This document shows positions 27,311 through 41,032 of a DNA stretch of 64,000 nucleotides, in pieces. A model generated the notes under the pieces. The model did not search any database, was not told where the DNA came from, and was given only the letters and a program-made list of their open reading frames with translations. Where the stretch lies: the NCBI RefSeq assembly GCF_001194135.2, contig NC_068989.1, positions 28,396,914 through 28,460,913 of the forward strand. The letters run 5' to 3'. Source of the stretch: Octopus bimaculoides (lineage: Eukaryota). How positions within the stretch are numbered: position 1 is the first letter of the stretch; the number at the start of each line of letters is the position of its first letter. The position numbers were made by a program, and so were the translations under genes.

Positions 27311-29337
27311 GGATTAGCGGAATTGATGAAGCATCGGAAAAAGTAAGAGGTTTAATCTGTCGCCTGGTTTGACGCACTTACCCGGTCACTGGGTGCCTTA
27401 AATGGAGTTCACTTTGTTGCAAGCATCCGAGTTAGCTCTGTGGTCCAGTGTTAACTTCCTCTCTTTTTCACGCGAGACTCGGAAGCACTAAAAAATAATC
27501 AAGGTTGCTGCTCTCCCTTGTGTAATTAACTAATAAAAAGCATCGATAACATCATTTCTTAATTAGAAATATATTTCTGTCATCCAATGGAGTCTGATCA
27601 ATGTTGTTGCTTTCAAAATGTCTCTCAACAGCACAAACACAGAAATCACTACACATATCACGAAACTATCATCCCACTAGCTCCTGCATATGAACAACAC
27701 CCAACAAGAACTCTCAATGGTGCTATAGATGCAAGGTATCACCATCAACATAGGAAAAACTACAGCATAAAGACTAGCCTTTCTCCAGAGTTATGAAATA
27801 GTTAATCTCTCAATAACTGCTAACTACTACTCAGTTGGAATCTGAGCATGTCTATTAGGGGTGGGACATAGAAATAGAAATTAGTTCTATTAAGGGTGTA
27901 GCATAGACGATAGTTCTTTTAAGGGTGTGACATGGAAAATAGTTCTTTTAATGCATCACTGAAAAACTACAAAACTCATGCTTGAGTCAAATAGGATGCC
28001 TCTACGTGGTTACTTGACCACTTAAAAATAGAAGCAAAATCTCCCACAAAAGTGAAAGGTTGCATTGGCTAAAGTAATTATATATATATTGAAAAAAAAA
28101 AGAGAGAGAAGAAATACAAGATATACCTCTTGATATACCAACGAAATTTCCCTCAAATCCAACTCTACAAGAGAAAGATAATGTAATTGTACTGTTCCAA
28201 CACTGTAAATAAGACAGGATGATCATGACTGATCAACAGGTCCAGTCGAGGCTATAAAAAAAAGCAGCAACATATTCATGCACCAAACAAGGTGTATTTA
28301 CATGGTTGCTCGATATGCTAGAAATAGCAGCCAATTTCCCTCAGTTCACACCTTTTCTTCTTCCTTCCATAACAGTATAAACCTGGATTTGCTTCTCCTT
28401 CAGTAAAGCACAGATTTAAGTTTGCTTCTCTCCGTTGGGGCACCAGGCAATGGATGTCTTCTCTTCTTCTTCACAAGAATAGATACTTATTGTTGATTCT
28501 TTAATGGGCTTGGTTGTTTTTACAGCATAGATTTGATAGCCTAGCTCTCAACCATTGAAGATTATCATTTAATCCACGAGTTGAACTTGTTGCAGGATAT
28601 CAGAGCGTGTCTATCTGTCGGGGTGCGGGTCAGGTATACAAAAGTTTCGGGAGCATATCTTCTCCAGTTGCTTCTTTCAAGGTTACAAAACCAATTAGCA
28701 CAGAGGCAGGAAGATAAGATTCACATGTCTGAGAGAAGATATATATTAAAATTAGACATTTGCACTTTTAATGCACGCCCCACCACACTTTGCTAACTAA
28801 TTCACACTGTATGCTCTTGAAAGAAGGATATACATATTGGGAAAACATACTTGTAAATATGAATTAAAAAACAGGTAAGATGGTAATAGACTGAATGTCT
28901 TGTCGTTCTGCTTGCATTTTTGCTACTGAACTGGAAGATATTTTATAATAATTTAATGCCCAGTCAACGGGAATGTAGTTCTACTAAGTTTATATAAATT
29001 GCTTTCTGCAGCATTTGCATGCATGTACGTATCTGTGTATGTGTGTGTAATACGTGTATATATGTGTGTGTGTGAAGAGATGAGTCCAACGACGTATATT
29101 GTCTGTATAAAAATATAAATGAGTGTTTATCTTGTTTAATTTTGACTTTGTATTTCTATTTCAGAAACAACATCCTTCGGTAAAAATAAGAATATGTTGC
29201 AACCGACTGAAAGACAGAAAGCAATATATATAATGCAAGTGGAATGTGTAACCAAAAACCCCAAAACTGCTCTAAGTATTTTAACTTCGAACTCATCAAT
29301 ACGCAGGTTTGAAGGAAAGTGGATCACTTACACTCAG

Positions 29338-29339
<2 letters not shown>

Positions 29340-29368
<29 letters not shown>

Positions 29369-29403
29369 TGTATGTATGTACACACACACACACAGATACA
29401 TAC

Positions 29404-29486
<83 letters not shown>

Positions 29487-29721
29487 TTGGTACGAAAATC
29501 TGTACAAACAAGAAAAAGGAACAAGAAAAAAACTAAATACGAAATACAGAGTTACATTTTATTTATTGAATACTAAAAACTTCCCTAATAGATTCTCCGA
29601 GCTTCACATTTTCAAAAGAAATGTAAAACAGATAGGGAAGATTTCAGTTTATGGCATATACATACATATACACATACATACATACGCACACATATATAGA
29701 CATACATGCATACATATATAC

Positions 29722-29752
<31 letters not shown>

Positions 29753-29850
29753 CATACATACATACATACATACATACATGCATACATACATACATGCATG
29801 TGTATGTGTGCGTGTATGCGCGCTCGTGTGTGTGTATGTATGAGAGTGTG
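29340..29850. repeat. Compound (TATG)n/(CA)n/(GT)n/(CATA)n microsatellites
   Basis: Direct reading. Confidence 0.95.
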
Positions 29851-30519
29851 TGTGTTTTGGGAAGCCTTTACATGCAGGATATTACGTATAAAGACTTACA
29901 GAGAAACGCCTGCAGAAGAACATCAGTCTGGATATAAATTTTAAAATATATTCGGAAAAAGTACAAGGACCAAACAAATAAATAATAATTAAAAATGGTG
30001 TGAGGTTAATCAGTTTAACCATCATTCTAAATTTGCTTAGCAAATACTTCCTATCTTTCCTCGGAGGAATTCATTAGCTGTTTATTATATCTTTTTTATG
30101 TTTATTAATGTTTTCATTATTTTCAAAAAGTTTCTGTTGAAATAAGTTTTTAGTTATTATGTTTTTCCTTTGAACAAACTTTTTTTCCGCTTTGTATTAC
30201 TTCTGTTATTATTGTTATGAGAATAGCTATTGTTGTCGTTGTTGTTACTGTTGTTGTTGCTGCTGTTGTTGTTGCTCTTCCTGATGGGGGCGAGTTCCTA
30301 ATATTTGTTTACTTTATCACACAAAACTAACACTCCTGTCTGTTGCAATAGCAAGAAATATTAAATGAATGAATAAATATATTGATATCGGAAACGATAT
30401 GTAAGTAATATTGTCATCAAATGTTGTTCAATTTATAAATTAGAGGTGAGTATCCTAGGAAAGGGTTACTGGAATGGAACAAATGGTGATTCTAGGAAAT
30501 GCGTTGTTTTTGTTTTTCA

Positions 30520-30790
30520 TTATTATTGTCATTCTGTCAACTCAAGCCTTGCATATGTAGCAGACTTCATATCTACGGTACCATGCAATTTGTTCTCCTC
30601 CACTATCTAATACTTTCCTGATGATTCTGGCCGTTCCAAGTAGGCAAACTTTTTTGCAGCAACTCTACTGGGTACTCTATTCCCATTTCCTTTATATTCC
30701 TCTCAATACCTTCTGATACTTTCCCTAAGACCCCATCAATAATTAGCAATATCTTCACTATTTTCATTTTCCACAGTCAAGCTATCATGT
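30520..30790 (-). mobile_element. R4/Dong-like LINE 3' end
   Basis: LWKMKIVKILLIIDGVLGKVSEGIERNIKEMGIEYPVELLQK resembles the 56.0-56.2 kb C-terminus. Ends in aataataatga. Confidence 0.7.
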
Positions 30791-31139
30791 ATTTAAGTGG
30801 ATTGTATACGTCTATTTGTACCTATAGTAGAAAGGATTATTATTATTATCATTATCATCATTATTAATATTATTATTAGTGTAACGAGACGGCTTTTCAA
30901 ATCTTTACAGATACGAGCTGACAGGATAAGTGGGTGAATTTAATGGGAGATAGAATTTATATAACATATTGAGCAAACTCATTAAAAGTGAGAAAGGTTG
31001 GAAAATTATGTTAATTCCAAACGGGGAAAGAATGATATTTTTAATGCTCCCAGAAAGCAATGTTAATAATGAATTTTTTCATTTAAAAAAATGGGGAAGG
31101 TTAAAATGGTGTTAGAGAAAGACTTGGTTATTATCAAAC

Positions 31140-31480
31140 TACGTTTTGCAGATGTGATTATGGATATCAAATATGTAACAGAATAGCATAAATATAAAAA
31201 TGTAGGCCAGCTCATGTCAAGTCTTACGGAAAAAATATTCGTAGAATTACATACGAGAAAATGATTTTCATACTAAAGAAGTTATAAAATATCATGAAAT
31301 GATAAACGGCATTAACTAATCTAAACCACTATCAAACCCATTTTCATTATATGGAAATTGATATTATACTGAGCACAAAATTTGATAATGCTTGGAAATA
31401 CAAAGCAACATTACTATGAAAAGGAAATTAGATTTCAGATATGATACCGGTGTTAATATGAATGTATTGTAAAATAAAAA
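31140..31480 (+). mobile_element. Possible very old Penelope GIY-YIG remnant
   Basis: VIMDIKYVTE*HKYKNVGQ weakly fits VIY-x-I-x-C-x2-C-x2-YVGQ. Confidence 0.3.
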
Positions 31481-32379
31481 TTGTCTTGATATCAAAATCT
31501 AGAGAGCTCGGAAATGAAACCAATATACAGTTAAAGTGTGATATTGATATCAAATAGTGTTGTGAAGTAACTGTGTTATCTAACGTTTCGGTAACGATCT
31601 AGATATGAAACATTGAAGCAATATAGAAAATAATTGATTTTCGGATATCTATGTGTGTGTGCACGTGTGTGTATATATGTATGAATGTGTATGTATATAT
31701 ATATATATNNNNNNNNNNNNNNNNNNNNNNNNNNNNNNNNNNNNNNNNNNNNNNNNNNNNNNNNNNNNNNNNNNNNNNNNNNNNNNNNNNNNNNNNNNNN
31801 NNNNNNNNNNNNNNNNNNNNNNNNNNNNNNNNNNNNNNNNNNNNNNNNNNNNNNNNNNNNNNNNNNNNNNNNNNNNNNNNNNNNNNNNNNNNNNNNNNNN
31901 NNNNNNNNNNNNNNNNNNNNNNNNNNNNNNNNNNNNNNNNNNNNNNNNNNNNNNNNNNNNNNNNNNNNNNNNNNNNNNNNNNNNNNNNNNNNNNNNNNNN
32001 NNNNNNNNNNNNNNNNNNNNNNNNNNNNNNNNNNNNNNNNNNNNNNNTATATATATATATATGGTAATTGTCCCTCGTGACATTCGAGTTTGAGCCTGTT
32101 GATTGAACACATCACAATGCAGGAACGAAAGACAGGTTTGCAAATAGAAAAAATAGAATTCAAAATATGAGTGTACGAAAAATGCTTTATTAATATTTAG
32201 CAGAAGTAACAGAGTGACTAGTTTCATCAGTGCCAACGCACGAAACTCTAAGACTTTGAGTCACTCTGAGTGAAAGTTTATTTTACTTTATCACAACAAA
32301 AATCACTGCAGCTAATCAAAGTATGAACACAATTTTACCATTTTATCGGTAGCTTACTTATGCTGGTAGCAAAGTACTC

Positions 32380-33290
32380 TAGAGAGCAAGAGGTGATGAA
32401 ATCACGAAAGGCTGTTTTTGCATCTTCATCAGATTTGAAGTTTTTTTCCTTGCAAAAATTTGTCTAATGCCTCGAAAACGTAATACTTGGTCTGGTGAAT
32501 ATGATGGATGACAGAGTACTTCCAAGGTCAGTTCATGTAACTTGAGTAACGTTCTTTCTGCAACATGTAGTCGAGCATTGTCTTGCAAGAGAATTGGCCT
32601 GTCTCTATTGACCAATCTGGGTTGTTTAATTGCAGGTTCACTGATTATTTCATGCAATTGGTTGACGTATACATCCGCTGTAATTGACTTACCAAGACTC
32701 AGGAAGCTGTAGTGGATGACACCAGCGCTGGACCACCAAACTGACACCATTAGCTTGGGGGGGGGGGGGCGAATATTCGTTTTTTGATTGTTTTGGTACT
32801 TCGTCTCTATCCAACCAACGTACAGAACGCCTTCTATTGTTGAAAATAATCCATTTTTCATCTTACATAACAATACGATGCAAAACTTCTTCACTTTTAT
32901 GCTGTGACAGAAAAGAACAGCAAGTTTCAAGACGACATGTCATTTGAGGCTCGTTCAGTTCGTGTGGTACCCACTTGTCCAGCTTCTTTACTTTGCCGAT
33001 TTCTTGCAGATGTTCCAATACAGGCGGAATCGAAACATCAAACTTTGCTGCTAACTCACGTAGTTTGAGATGTATCCCCTTCCACTACAGTTTTCAGCTC
33101 ATCATTATCCACCTTGGTGTCAGGTCTACCACGGGGCTGATTTTCAAGAGTAAAGTCACCAGACCGGAATTTCTCGAAACATCAACGTACAGTGCGCTCA
33201 TTCACTACAAGAGAAAACTCACAATATAATTAATCACCATGAATTGTATTTCGAAAAGTGATGATGTAACTCTTCAATGTTGTAAAACAC
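32380..33290 (-). mobile_element. mariner transposase remnant
   Basis: KLMVSVWWSSAGVIHYSFL, RPILLQDNARLHVA, LCHPSYSPD. Contains a poly-G expansion at ~32756-32769. Confidence 0.9.
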
Positions 33291-33435
33291 AGAATTGTCA
33301 GGATAAAACATTATAGTTAACGACTGTAAAACCTGGTGCATAAGAAAATTAGACATTTTATTCTTAACATATATGAATGTATTTCGTGCGCGCACGCTCA
33401 TGCACGGACAACATATGTATATATGTATGTAAATA

Positions 33436-33474
<39 letters not shown>

Positions 33475-33602
33475 ATGTGTTTGTGTGTGTATGTATGTGT
33501 GTGTGTAATCATATACATACATATATTTATGCACATGCACATGCACACACAAATCACATATATGTATATATGTGTATGTGTGTATGTATATATGCATGTA
33601 TG

Positions 33603-33633
<31 letters not shown>

Positions 33634-33751
33634 GTACTTATGAATGAATGCACATATGCTCGTATGTATACATGTATGTTTATCAGTCCAAAGACAAACT
33701 CACTAGTCATGGCTTTCTTTTGTAAACAAGTGGAAATCATATATTGGTGTG

Positions 33752-33805
<54 letters not shown>

Positions 33806-33808
<3 letters not shown>

Positions 33809-33970
33809 GCGGTGTTATCATCAAGTATCCGGACTGTTGCTATAGTAACGAAGCTAAAGCACGTACAGTGAAGACGCACAGCACAGACTGATCTTGAACG
33901 CTGCTGGAAGGTGTGTAGCGAGAGATCGTCGCATTGACCATGATGGAGGAAATTGAGTAGAGAATCTCTT
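33806..33970 (+). mobile_element. mariner 5' terminal fragment (same family as 16254)
   Basis: aagtatccggactgttgctatagtaacgaagctaaagc matches 16268-16305. Follows a (TA)n run. Confidence 0.75.
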
Positions 33971-33988
33971 TACTCTCTTTTACTCTTT

Positions 33989-34931
33989 TACCAAAATAAA
34001 ATTTGGGATTTATGGAGGGTCACAGTTGGGAACAAAAACAGGACAGTTGAGACATACAAGGAAACCGAACGAAAACAAATATACAGGCTCGTTGGACCAG
34101 AACAAGGGTAAAATGGCGAACGTTGGAAAAATATTTTCTTTGACAAGAGTAAAGATACATCCAGCCCTTAGGACAGTCCTGAAAGAAAAGATGATCACGT
34201 GAGGAAAAGAAAGATGAAGGATGGTCACGTGTGAGAAACGAGAGAACAGGAGAAAGAGAGATGTAGAAAACGGTGTAGGGCAGAAAAACGGGAATTAGAG
34301 AAAGGATGAGAGAGAAGACGATTGAGGAGAAAAACAGTATGGAGTAGAGTCGCATCAAAATGATCAAAATAAATTTACTTTCTAATTCCCTTTTTTCTCC
34401 CTTTCACCGTTTCTATCTGTCTCTCTCACCGCCTCTTTCTCCTGTTCTCTCTCTCGTTTCTCACACGTGACCATCCTCCATCTTTCTTTTCCTCACTTGA
34501 TCATCTTTCTTTTCTTTCAGGACAGACCTAAAGACTGGACGTATCCTATCTCTCTCTTGTATCTTTACTCTTGTCAAAGAAAATATTTTTCCAGCGTTCG
34601 CTATTTCACCCTCGTTCTGGTCTAACGACCCTCTATCTTTGTTTTCGTTCGGTTTCCTTGTATGTCTCCACTGTCCTGATTTTGTTCCCAACTTTGACCC
34701 TCCATAAATCCCAAATTTTATTTTGGTACTTATGGGAGCAACTATCGTCGTAGTCTCATATTGTCGTTGAATGCTCGAAGAGAGGAGTTGATAGACAGCC
34801 GACAACTGATGAAGGGTCGTTCTATATTTGTCCTGTCTTTCATTTTTTTCTCTCGTTGTCTGCGTATTGAACTCATTTGTTTTCGTATTTCATGCTGTTT
34901 ACTGTTAGTGACGTACTTTACCCATATGTGC

Positions 34932-35014
<83 letters not shown>

Positions 35015-35120
35015 TGTGTGTGTGTGTATATATTATTTATATTATTATTTGTGTGTGTGTGCATGTATATATATATTATTTATACTATTATTTGACTGAA
35101 CGCAACCCATCCATTTCGGA
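33989..35120. mobile_element. Dispersed repeat with long inverted duplication (arms ~33989-34300 and ~34380-34728)
   Basis: The arms are near reverse complements (taccaaaataaaatttgggatttatggagggtca versus tgaccctccataaatcccaaattttattttggta). The + arm continues to 35120 and is homologous to 25130-25575. Confidence 0.8.
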
Positions 35121-35125
35121 GTAAG

Positions 35126-35170
<45 letters not shown>

Positions 35171-35337
35171 ATATATGTACGCACACACACATATTTATAT
35201 ATATGCACACACACACACATATATATGTATATACACACACACAGATATATATATGTGTGTGTGTATGTGTGTGTGTATGTATATATATTATTATATTATT
35301 ATATTATATTATATTATATTATATTATATTATATTGT

Positions 35338-36229
35338 ATTGGGTCATTCCATAAGTAATGCGGCTTTTATATACTTCTTTTACTTTTCAAAATTAAGATG
35401 AACAAAGTTCATTTTTAATGTAAAATATATTCTCCATTTTCTACAATGCTTTTCCCTCTGTCTGGTAGACTTACAAGGCCCCTCTTCCAAAATTCACTTG
35501 TCCGTGATGAAAAATACTCCTCCGGTACTGTTCAGACTTCGTCTACAGAATTCATATTTTTTCCGTTCAAATGATTTTGAGGACTGTAGAATAATTCATA
35601 ATCAGAGGGGGCAATGTTCGGCAAATATAGTGGGTGGGGCATCATTTCTCATTCAAACTGTCCCCGCCTTTGGAATGTCACCCTCGCTGGGACCAGGCTC
35701 ATTCCCGAGCATTATTCTGATGGAAGAGCATCTTTCGTCTTGAAACCAAAAACGGTGGTTTGCCGATGGCACGCAGGTGTCGATGAATGGTTGAATGACC
35801 AAATCCAAGCTCCTCTGCTATTTCCTCAACAGTTACGATGGGATTTTGTTCCACCAGGGTGTGCAGGACCTTCTGGTCGAGCTCTACAGATCTTCCAGGA
35901 TGAGGCTTGTCTTCTAGGTGTAGTTTCCGGCTAGGAATTTCTGGAACCACCCTTGACACTGGCTTACGCTTATTGTCCGATCCCCATATACTGTATTATT
36001 ATTCCTCTCACAAAATATGCCGAATATGCTGCTTTATTACTTCCATTATAGCTTTGAGAAAATAACTGTTAAAATCGAACTGCATTCTTCAAAACTTGCA
36101 CTAAGAATAAGTACAAGGTAAAATTATTACCTGCTTTGATAGCAAGTTGATGCTGGTAGTTTTTCCCGTCCCCCTCCGACTTTTAATCTATGCAATTGAA
36201 AACCCGCATTATTTATAGGATGACCCAAT
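35338..36229 (-). mobile_element. Internally deleted mariner with both TIRs
   Basis: TIRs attgggtcattccataagtaatgcgg (35338) and ccgcattatttataggatgacccaat (to 36229), TA-flanked. LEDKPHPGRSVELD...TVEEIAEELG...LFHQNNAR. Confidence 0.9.
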
Positions 36230-36439
36230 TTATATATATATATATATATATATATACAAATGAAAGAGGGAGGTTATCTCCAGAATGAGAGGTCATACAT
36301 TATATCATAATTGTATTATGTAATGCAATCATACTGACTGAGCATTTAACAGAATAATACTAACACTAACACAGATACAATACGTGTCAGAGAATCACAG
36401 AACTAACTGAATTAATTTTTCGGAAAGATAGGCAGTTTA

Positions 36440-36900
36440 GTAGCAGTAGACATTACGTAACAGATTTGAAGTAAGCCAATATCTTTTTACCATGATGCAA
36501 ACATTTCAATTTAAGTTTAGGTGTCTTATTTAGTAGGTTGCCTGGATATTTGAATATTTCATGTAGCTCACCACAGCATACAGCTGTACCTGTTATTTAA
36601 ATATGATGATGCTTTTCTAACCATACTCCAGGCAATTTCAAACTGAGTGTTACTATCCTTTACTCGTCCCACCTTTTCCGCCAGGGATGTGACGCAAGCT
36701 TCATTGCGATATCGACATGATGAAAGGTGATTACGCATTCTGTATTTGAAGCATTTGTTGCGCCTATATAGGTAAAGGTGTTAGCGTCAGTTATTATGTC
36801 ACACTTGTAAACTATATTACGAATAAAACAGGTGTTATTATGCGGACAGGTATCCGTGTTATGAAAGTTGCACAATCTAGGAGTAACCAGGTAAGTATCC
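36440..36900 (-). mobile_element. Penelope-like (Neptune-type) GIY-YIG endonuclease remnant
   Basis: CPHNNTCFIRNIVYKCDIITDANTFTYIGAT, then KDSNTQFEIAWSMVRKASSY and GNLLNK...KCLH. Confidence 0.75.
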
Positions 36901-37519
36901 CTATTACTATACAAACTAGGTGAAGTATTAAAGCTAAAAGAATGGCTCGAAGATTCAATAACATTACTATAACGGCTAACACTATTATTATTTCTAATAC
37001 AAGCAGGGTGGTCGCAGTTTAAATGGACATTAAATTCAAGTGCATCAGAATCATTACATTCATTAGTTAGTGTATTCGTATTAGTAATATTTGCATTATC
37101 AATTCTTATTTTCCCAGTCTCTGCTTCCCTGGTACTCCGTACGCTAACAGGGTTATTTATATCAACAACAAGGAACCATATATCGGTGACATTATCAACA
37201 GTCGTTTAGCGGCTACTTGAACGAGCAGTCGAGTGTATATCAACTGAATTCCTACAATTTTTAGGTACACGGTCTAACACTCCATTCATTGACAATACTG
37301 ACACAACTTTGCCTTGTACAAACACATATTGATTATATCATTATTGTTCTTATTATTGTTGATGATGATGATGTTATTACAATCACTAGTAATATTATTT
37401 TTTATTTTATTATTGCAACAACTCACATTACACAAATCGTCACCATCGTTATTGCTACAATTATTAGTACGACATTGATGTAAGCTATTATTGCTATTAT
37501 TTACGCAAGTAACACTGCT

Positions 37520-38380
37520 ATCGAGACACTTCCCTGTCTCAGTTTTCTGATTCGTTCATCTCACGATGTCTTGCCATCGCCTACAAACTTAAGATGAAAC
37601 GTATCAGAAAATGATATATGTAGATGCGGAAAAGTCGAAACAGTGAAGCATTTTCTTTCCAACTGTTCACAGGCATTGAATAGATATACATGGAGACACA
37701 ATCTTAAGGTTACTTTCAATGCTATAAAGAACCAAATTGCTCTCATCAACAGTGGCAAAAACCACTGAAAGAACCAACCAGAGATTTCATTACCTTCTTG
37801 CGCTCAGGACAGCAGATCCGATTGAAGAAGAAACTTCCTGTGAACGATGAAAAGTGGAACGGTTATTGAGAGGTTGCTGCAGATTTACTAGGGTGCAAGG
37901 GATTCTTTCCTATTCCAGTTACGAAGAAACCGGACGTTATCGTATGGTGTGAGGGAAAGGAAGTGGTAAATCTGGTCGAATTAACGGTTCCTCATGAATA
38001 TAATATGGACTCCGCTCGGACTCGAAAGAGTGACCGTTAAAAAACCTCCTCGAGGAATGTGAAGACACAGGCTGGAAAGCGGAACATTTTCCCATCGAAG
38101 TCGGATGTAAAGGATTCGGTGGAGACAGTGTGAGGCGTCTGTCGTTATCGTTAGGCCTTACTCACTGTAAAGCAAATACCACCATGAGTGATATCCAAAC
38201 TACATTGGAAAAGGCAAGTTACTGGATTTGGTGAAAAAGAGACGATGAGCGATGATTTGAAGAATATTGAGCGAAACCTGATAACCAGTTGATCTAGCAA
38301 GCAGGACTTCATTTCAGATGCCGTCGAGAGGTAGGTCCCGAAACAGAACGCATTCTCTCCTGATGACCCCATAAACTTGC
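37520..38380 (+). mobile_element. Hero-clade RLE LINE 3' fragment
   Basis: FLIRSSHDVLPSPTNL, CRCGKVETVKHFLSNC...RYTWRHN, KPDVIVW...LVELTVPHE...PIEVGCKGF. Confidence 0.8.
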
Positions 38381-38656
38381 TAGCATCCAGTATGCGGAGC
38401 TTTCAAATGGAAGCACCTGCATCGGCAAGTTTGCAAAAAATATATATACTACCAGCGTTCCCATTTTCGCTATTTTCTCCGCTACAGCTTAGGACTATAT
38501 CTACAAGTCGCCTAGCGTTTATACGTCTATTTATTACATTTCGACCGTAATTTCGGGCTAACTTAATATTCCGCCTATTAAAACTAGCTATAACAGCCCA
38601 AGGTTACGGAGAGTAGAATAAGAGATTCTTTTCTTTTTACAATATGTACTTAAATG

Positions 38657-38872
38657 AAGGTGGCGAGCTGGCAGAAACGTTTGCAAGCCGGGCGAAATGC
38701 TTAGCGGTATTTCGTCTATCTTTACGTTCTGAGTTCAAATTCCGGCGACGTCGACTTTGCCTTTCATCCTTTCAGGGTCGATAAATTAAGTACCAGTTGC
38801 GTACTGGAGTCGATCTAATCGATTGGCTCCCTCCCCCAAAATTTAGGGCCTTGTGCCTAGAGTTGAAAAGAA
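38657..38872 (+). mobile_element. SINE family 3
   Basis: aaggtggcgagctggcagaa (A box), gagttcaaattcc (B box), central gtcgactttgcctttcatcctttcagggtcgataaa. Copy at 59014-59190(-). Confidence 0.85.
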
Positions 38873-39439
38873 TATGTACTTAGACGACGGGAAATTCTTT
38901 TCTAACAAAAGGAACAATTTTCCGGAGAGCTAAGCAGTTGCTGCGTAATCCCAAGAAGGTTTGCACCAAATTACGCTATCATTATGTAATCCATGTAACT
39001 GTACAAAAATAAATACAGACGTGTGTGTGTGTGTGTGTGTGTGTGTATGCATAGGTATATTATGCATGAATATATATTTGAATGCTTGTATATTTGTTGA
39101 TGATTGTGTGCGTATATATGTATATATGAGTTTGTGTATGTGCGCATGTATGTAAGTTCTTACGTACATGTATATGTATATGCATATATATATATATGTG
39201 TATATATATGTGTGTGCATGTGTGTGTGCGCGTGTATGTGCGTGTGTGTATGTACGTATGTGTGTATGCGTGTATGTTTGTGCGTATGTGCACAAAGGCA
39301 TATAAGTGTGAATAGTATTAGTTATAAATGCTTCCTGGAGTAGCAAATCCTTTTACGGTTCCAGGACATTTGCCTTCGCTACACTAGCTGATGACCCCCA
39401 GTCTATCTTCTCGCCACATCTCCTCCCTATTTCTCCCCC

Positions 39440-39471
<32 letters not shown>

Positions 39472-39507
39472 CTATCTGTCCGTCTTCCTCTTATCATTTA
39501 TCTCTGA

Positions 39508-39594
39508 CCGTCTATTTAATTTAATGTAGCCGTCTATTTAATTTAATGTAGCCGTCTATTTAATTTAATGTAGCCGTCTATTTAATTTAATGTG
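39508..39594. repeat. 22-bp tandem repeat, 4 copies
   Basis: ccgtctatttaatttaatgtag repeated four times. Confidence 0.95.
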
Positions 39595-40991
39595 GCATTG
39601 TCTGTAGATTACTTTATGACCCATAGGCATATGAAATTTGTCTAAACCTCGTATGTTTTCACTCTTTTCTTTATTGCCGAAATGAGAGAGTTACTCCATA
39701 TTCCCTATCTTTATATGTTTTCTGAACCAAATTTTAAAATTTAATTCACCTGGAGAAAACGGGTTTGTTTTTCATGATGTAATTGAATTATTCATCAATA
39801 AAAAAAAATGCGTCTGAAACAGCTGTAGTAAACCTTAAACCATTAGTGTTCTTTCTTTATACATCTGTGTGTGTGTGTGTGTATGTGTGTACGTATGCGT
39901 GTGTATATGTAGGTGTATGTATATGCGTGTGTGTGTGTGTTCAGAGACAGGTACACATCTATATGTTTGAGTGTAAAAAAAAAGATTACACACACACTTA
40001 TGCATAAGTGTGTTTATGTGTGCGTGTTTGATTGTGCATAGAAGTGTGTTTGAATGTGTATGCATATATATATCTACATACGTATGTTTGTTCGCGCGTG
40101 TTGTGTGCAAGTTTCTGTGTGTTCCTGTGTCTGTGCTTATATTTTCTTCTTCTCTCCTGTTATTTAGCGATTCTACAAACAGGATTCGATAACATAAGCG
40201 TTTCATCATGGTCTCATCTGAATAACTAGAAACACCATAGCCATGCATGTGCTTCTTTAAAAGTTAGAATGAAAAATGAAAACAATTATGTGTTTATTTT
40301 GGAAAAATGAGTCTAGAAATTTCATTTTCTTTTCATTTTCTTTTTTTTTTTTTGTTGAGAAACTATCATTAAAAGTTATCATACGACTATGACCTCGTTG
40401 AAACGAGATAACTCTATGCAATCTTTCAGAGATATACAGGGCGACAACTCACTGTAAAGTCCTTGTGAATTTTTTAAATTATTAAATTTTAAATAGTTAA
40501 ACTATTATGTAACCTTAGTTCTATATATGATAGTATTATTCTGTAAAAGGTATTTCGAAACCTGATGCTACTATTTTATTTTTAATCAAAAAAATTATCA
40601 ATTCATATTTTAATAATTTAATAATTACTTCAACAGCAAGGTTATTCTTTATGCACATAAATAATATTTCTATATATGACCTGCTGATTATGATGACAGC
40701 TGTTTAAGAGTGAACCTGAAACTCAGCTGCAAAGCATTTCTCTAGAATTCAGAATCGCGACACTGTTCGTAGATGTAATGATATTGGACATGTTGAAAAT
40801 TGACAACTTCCACAATAAATGTAATTTAAAATTATATATTCTTTCGTGTACCTTTTTCTTCGGATTAATTTCCACCTTATATAGAACTAAAGCTATACGA
40901 ATTTAAAATTGCAATATGACTTTATGTCATGCGGTGTTGAGCACTCATTCTCACTGTTCGATATTAACATATATATATATATGCATGTATG

Positions 40992-41032
<41 letters not shown>

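Noticed and set aside
31575-31615. Degenerate hammerhead CTAGATCGTTACCGAAACGTT on the minus strand
   Set aside because: The core is broken, and it lies antisense to the weak adjacent Penelope-like remnant.
38335-38375. Type-II hammerhead (GAAAC...CTGATGA) in the Hero 3' UTR
   Set aside because: There is no UH triplet (GCA instead), no stem I hairpin and no stem II complementarity.
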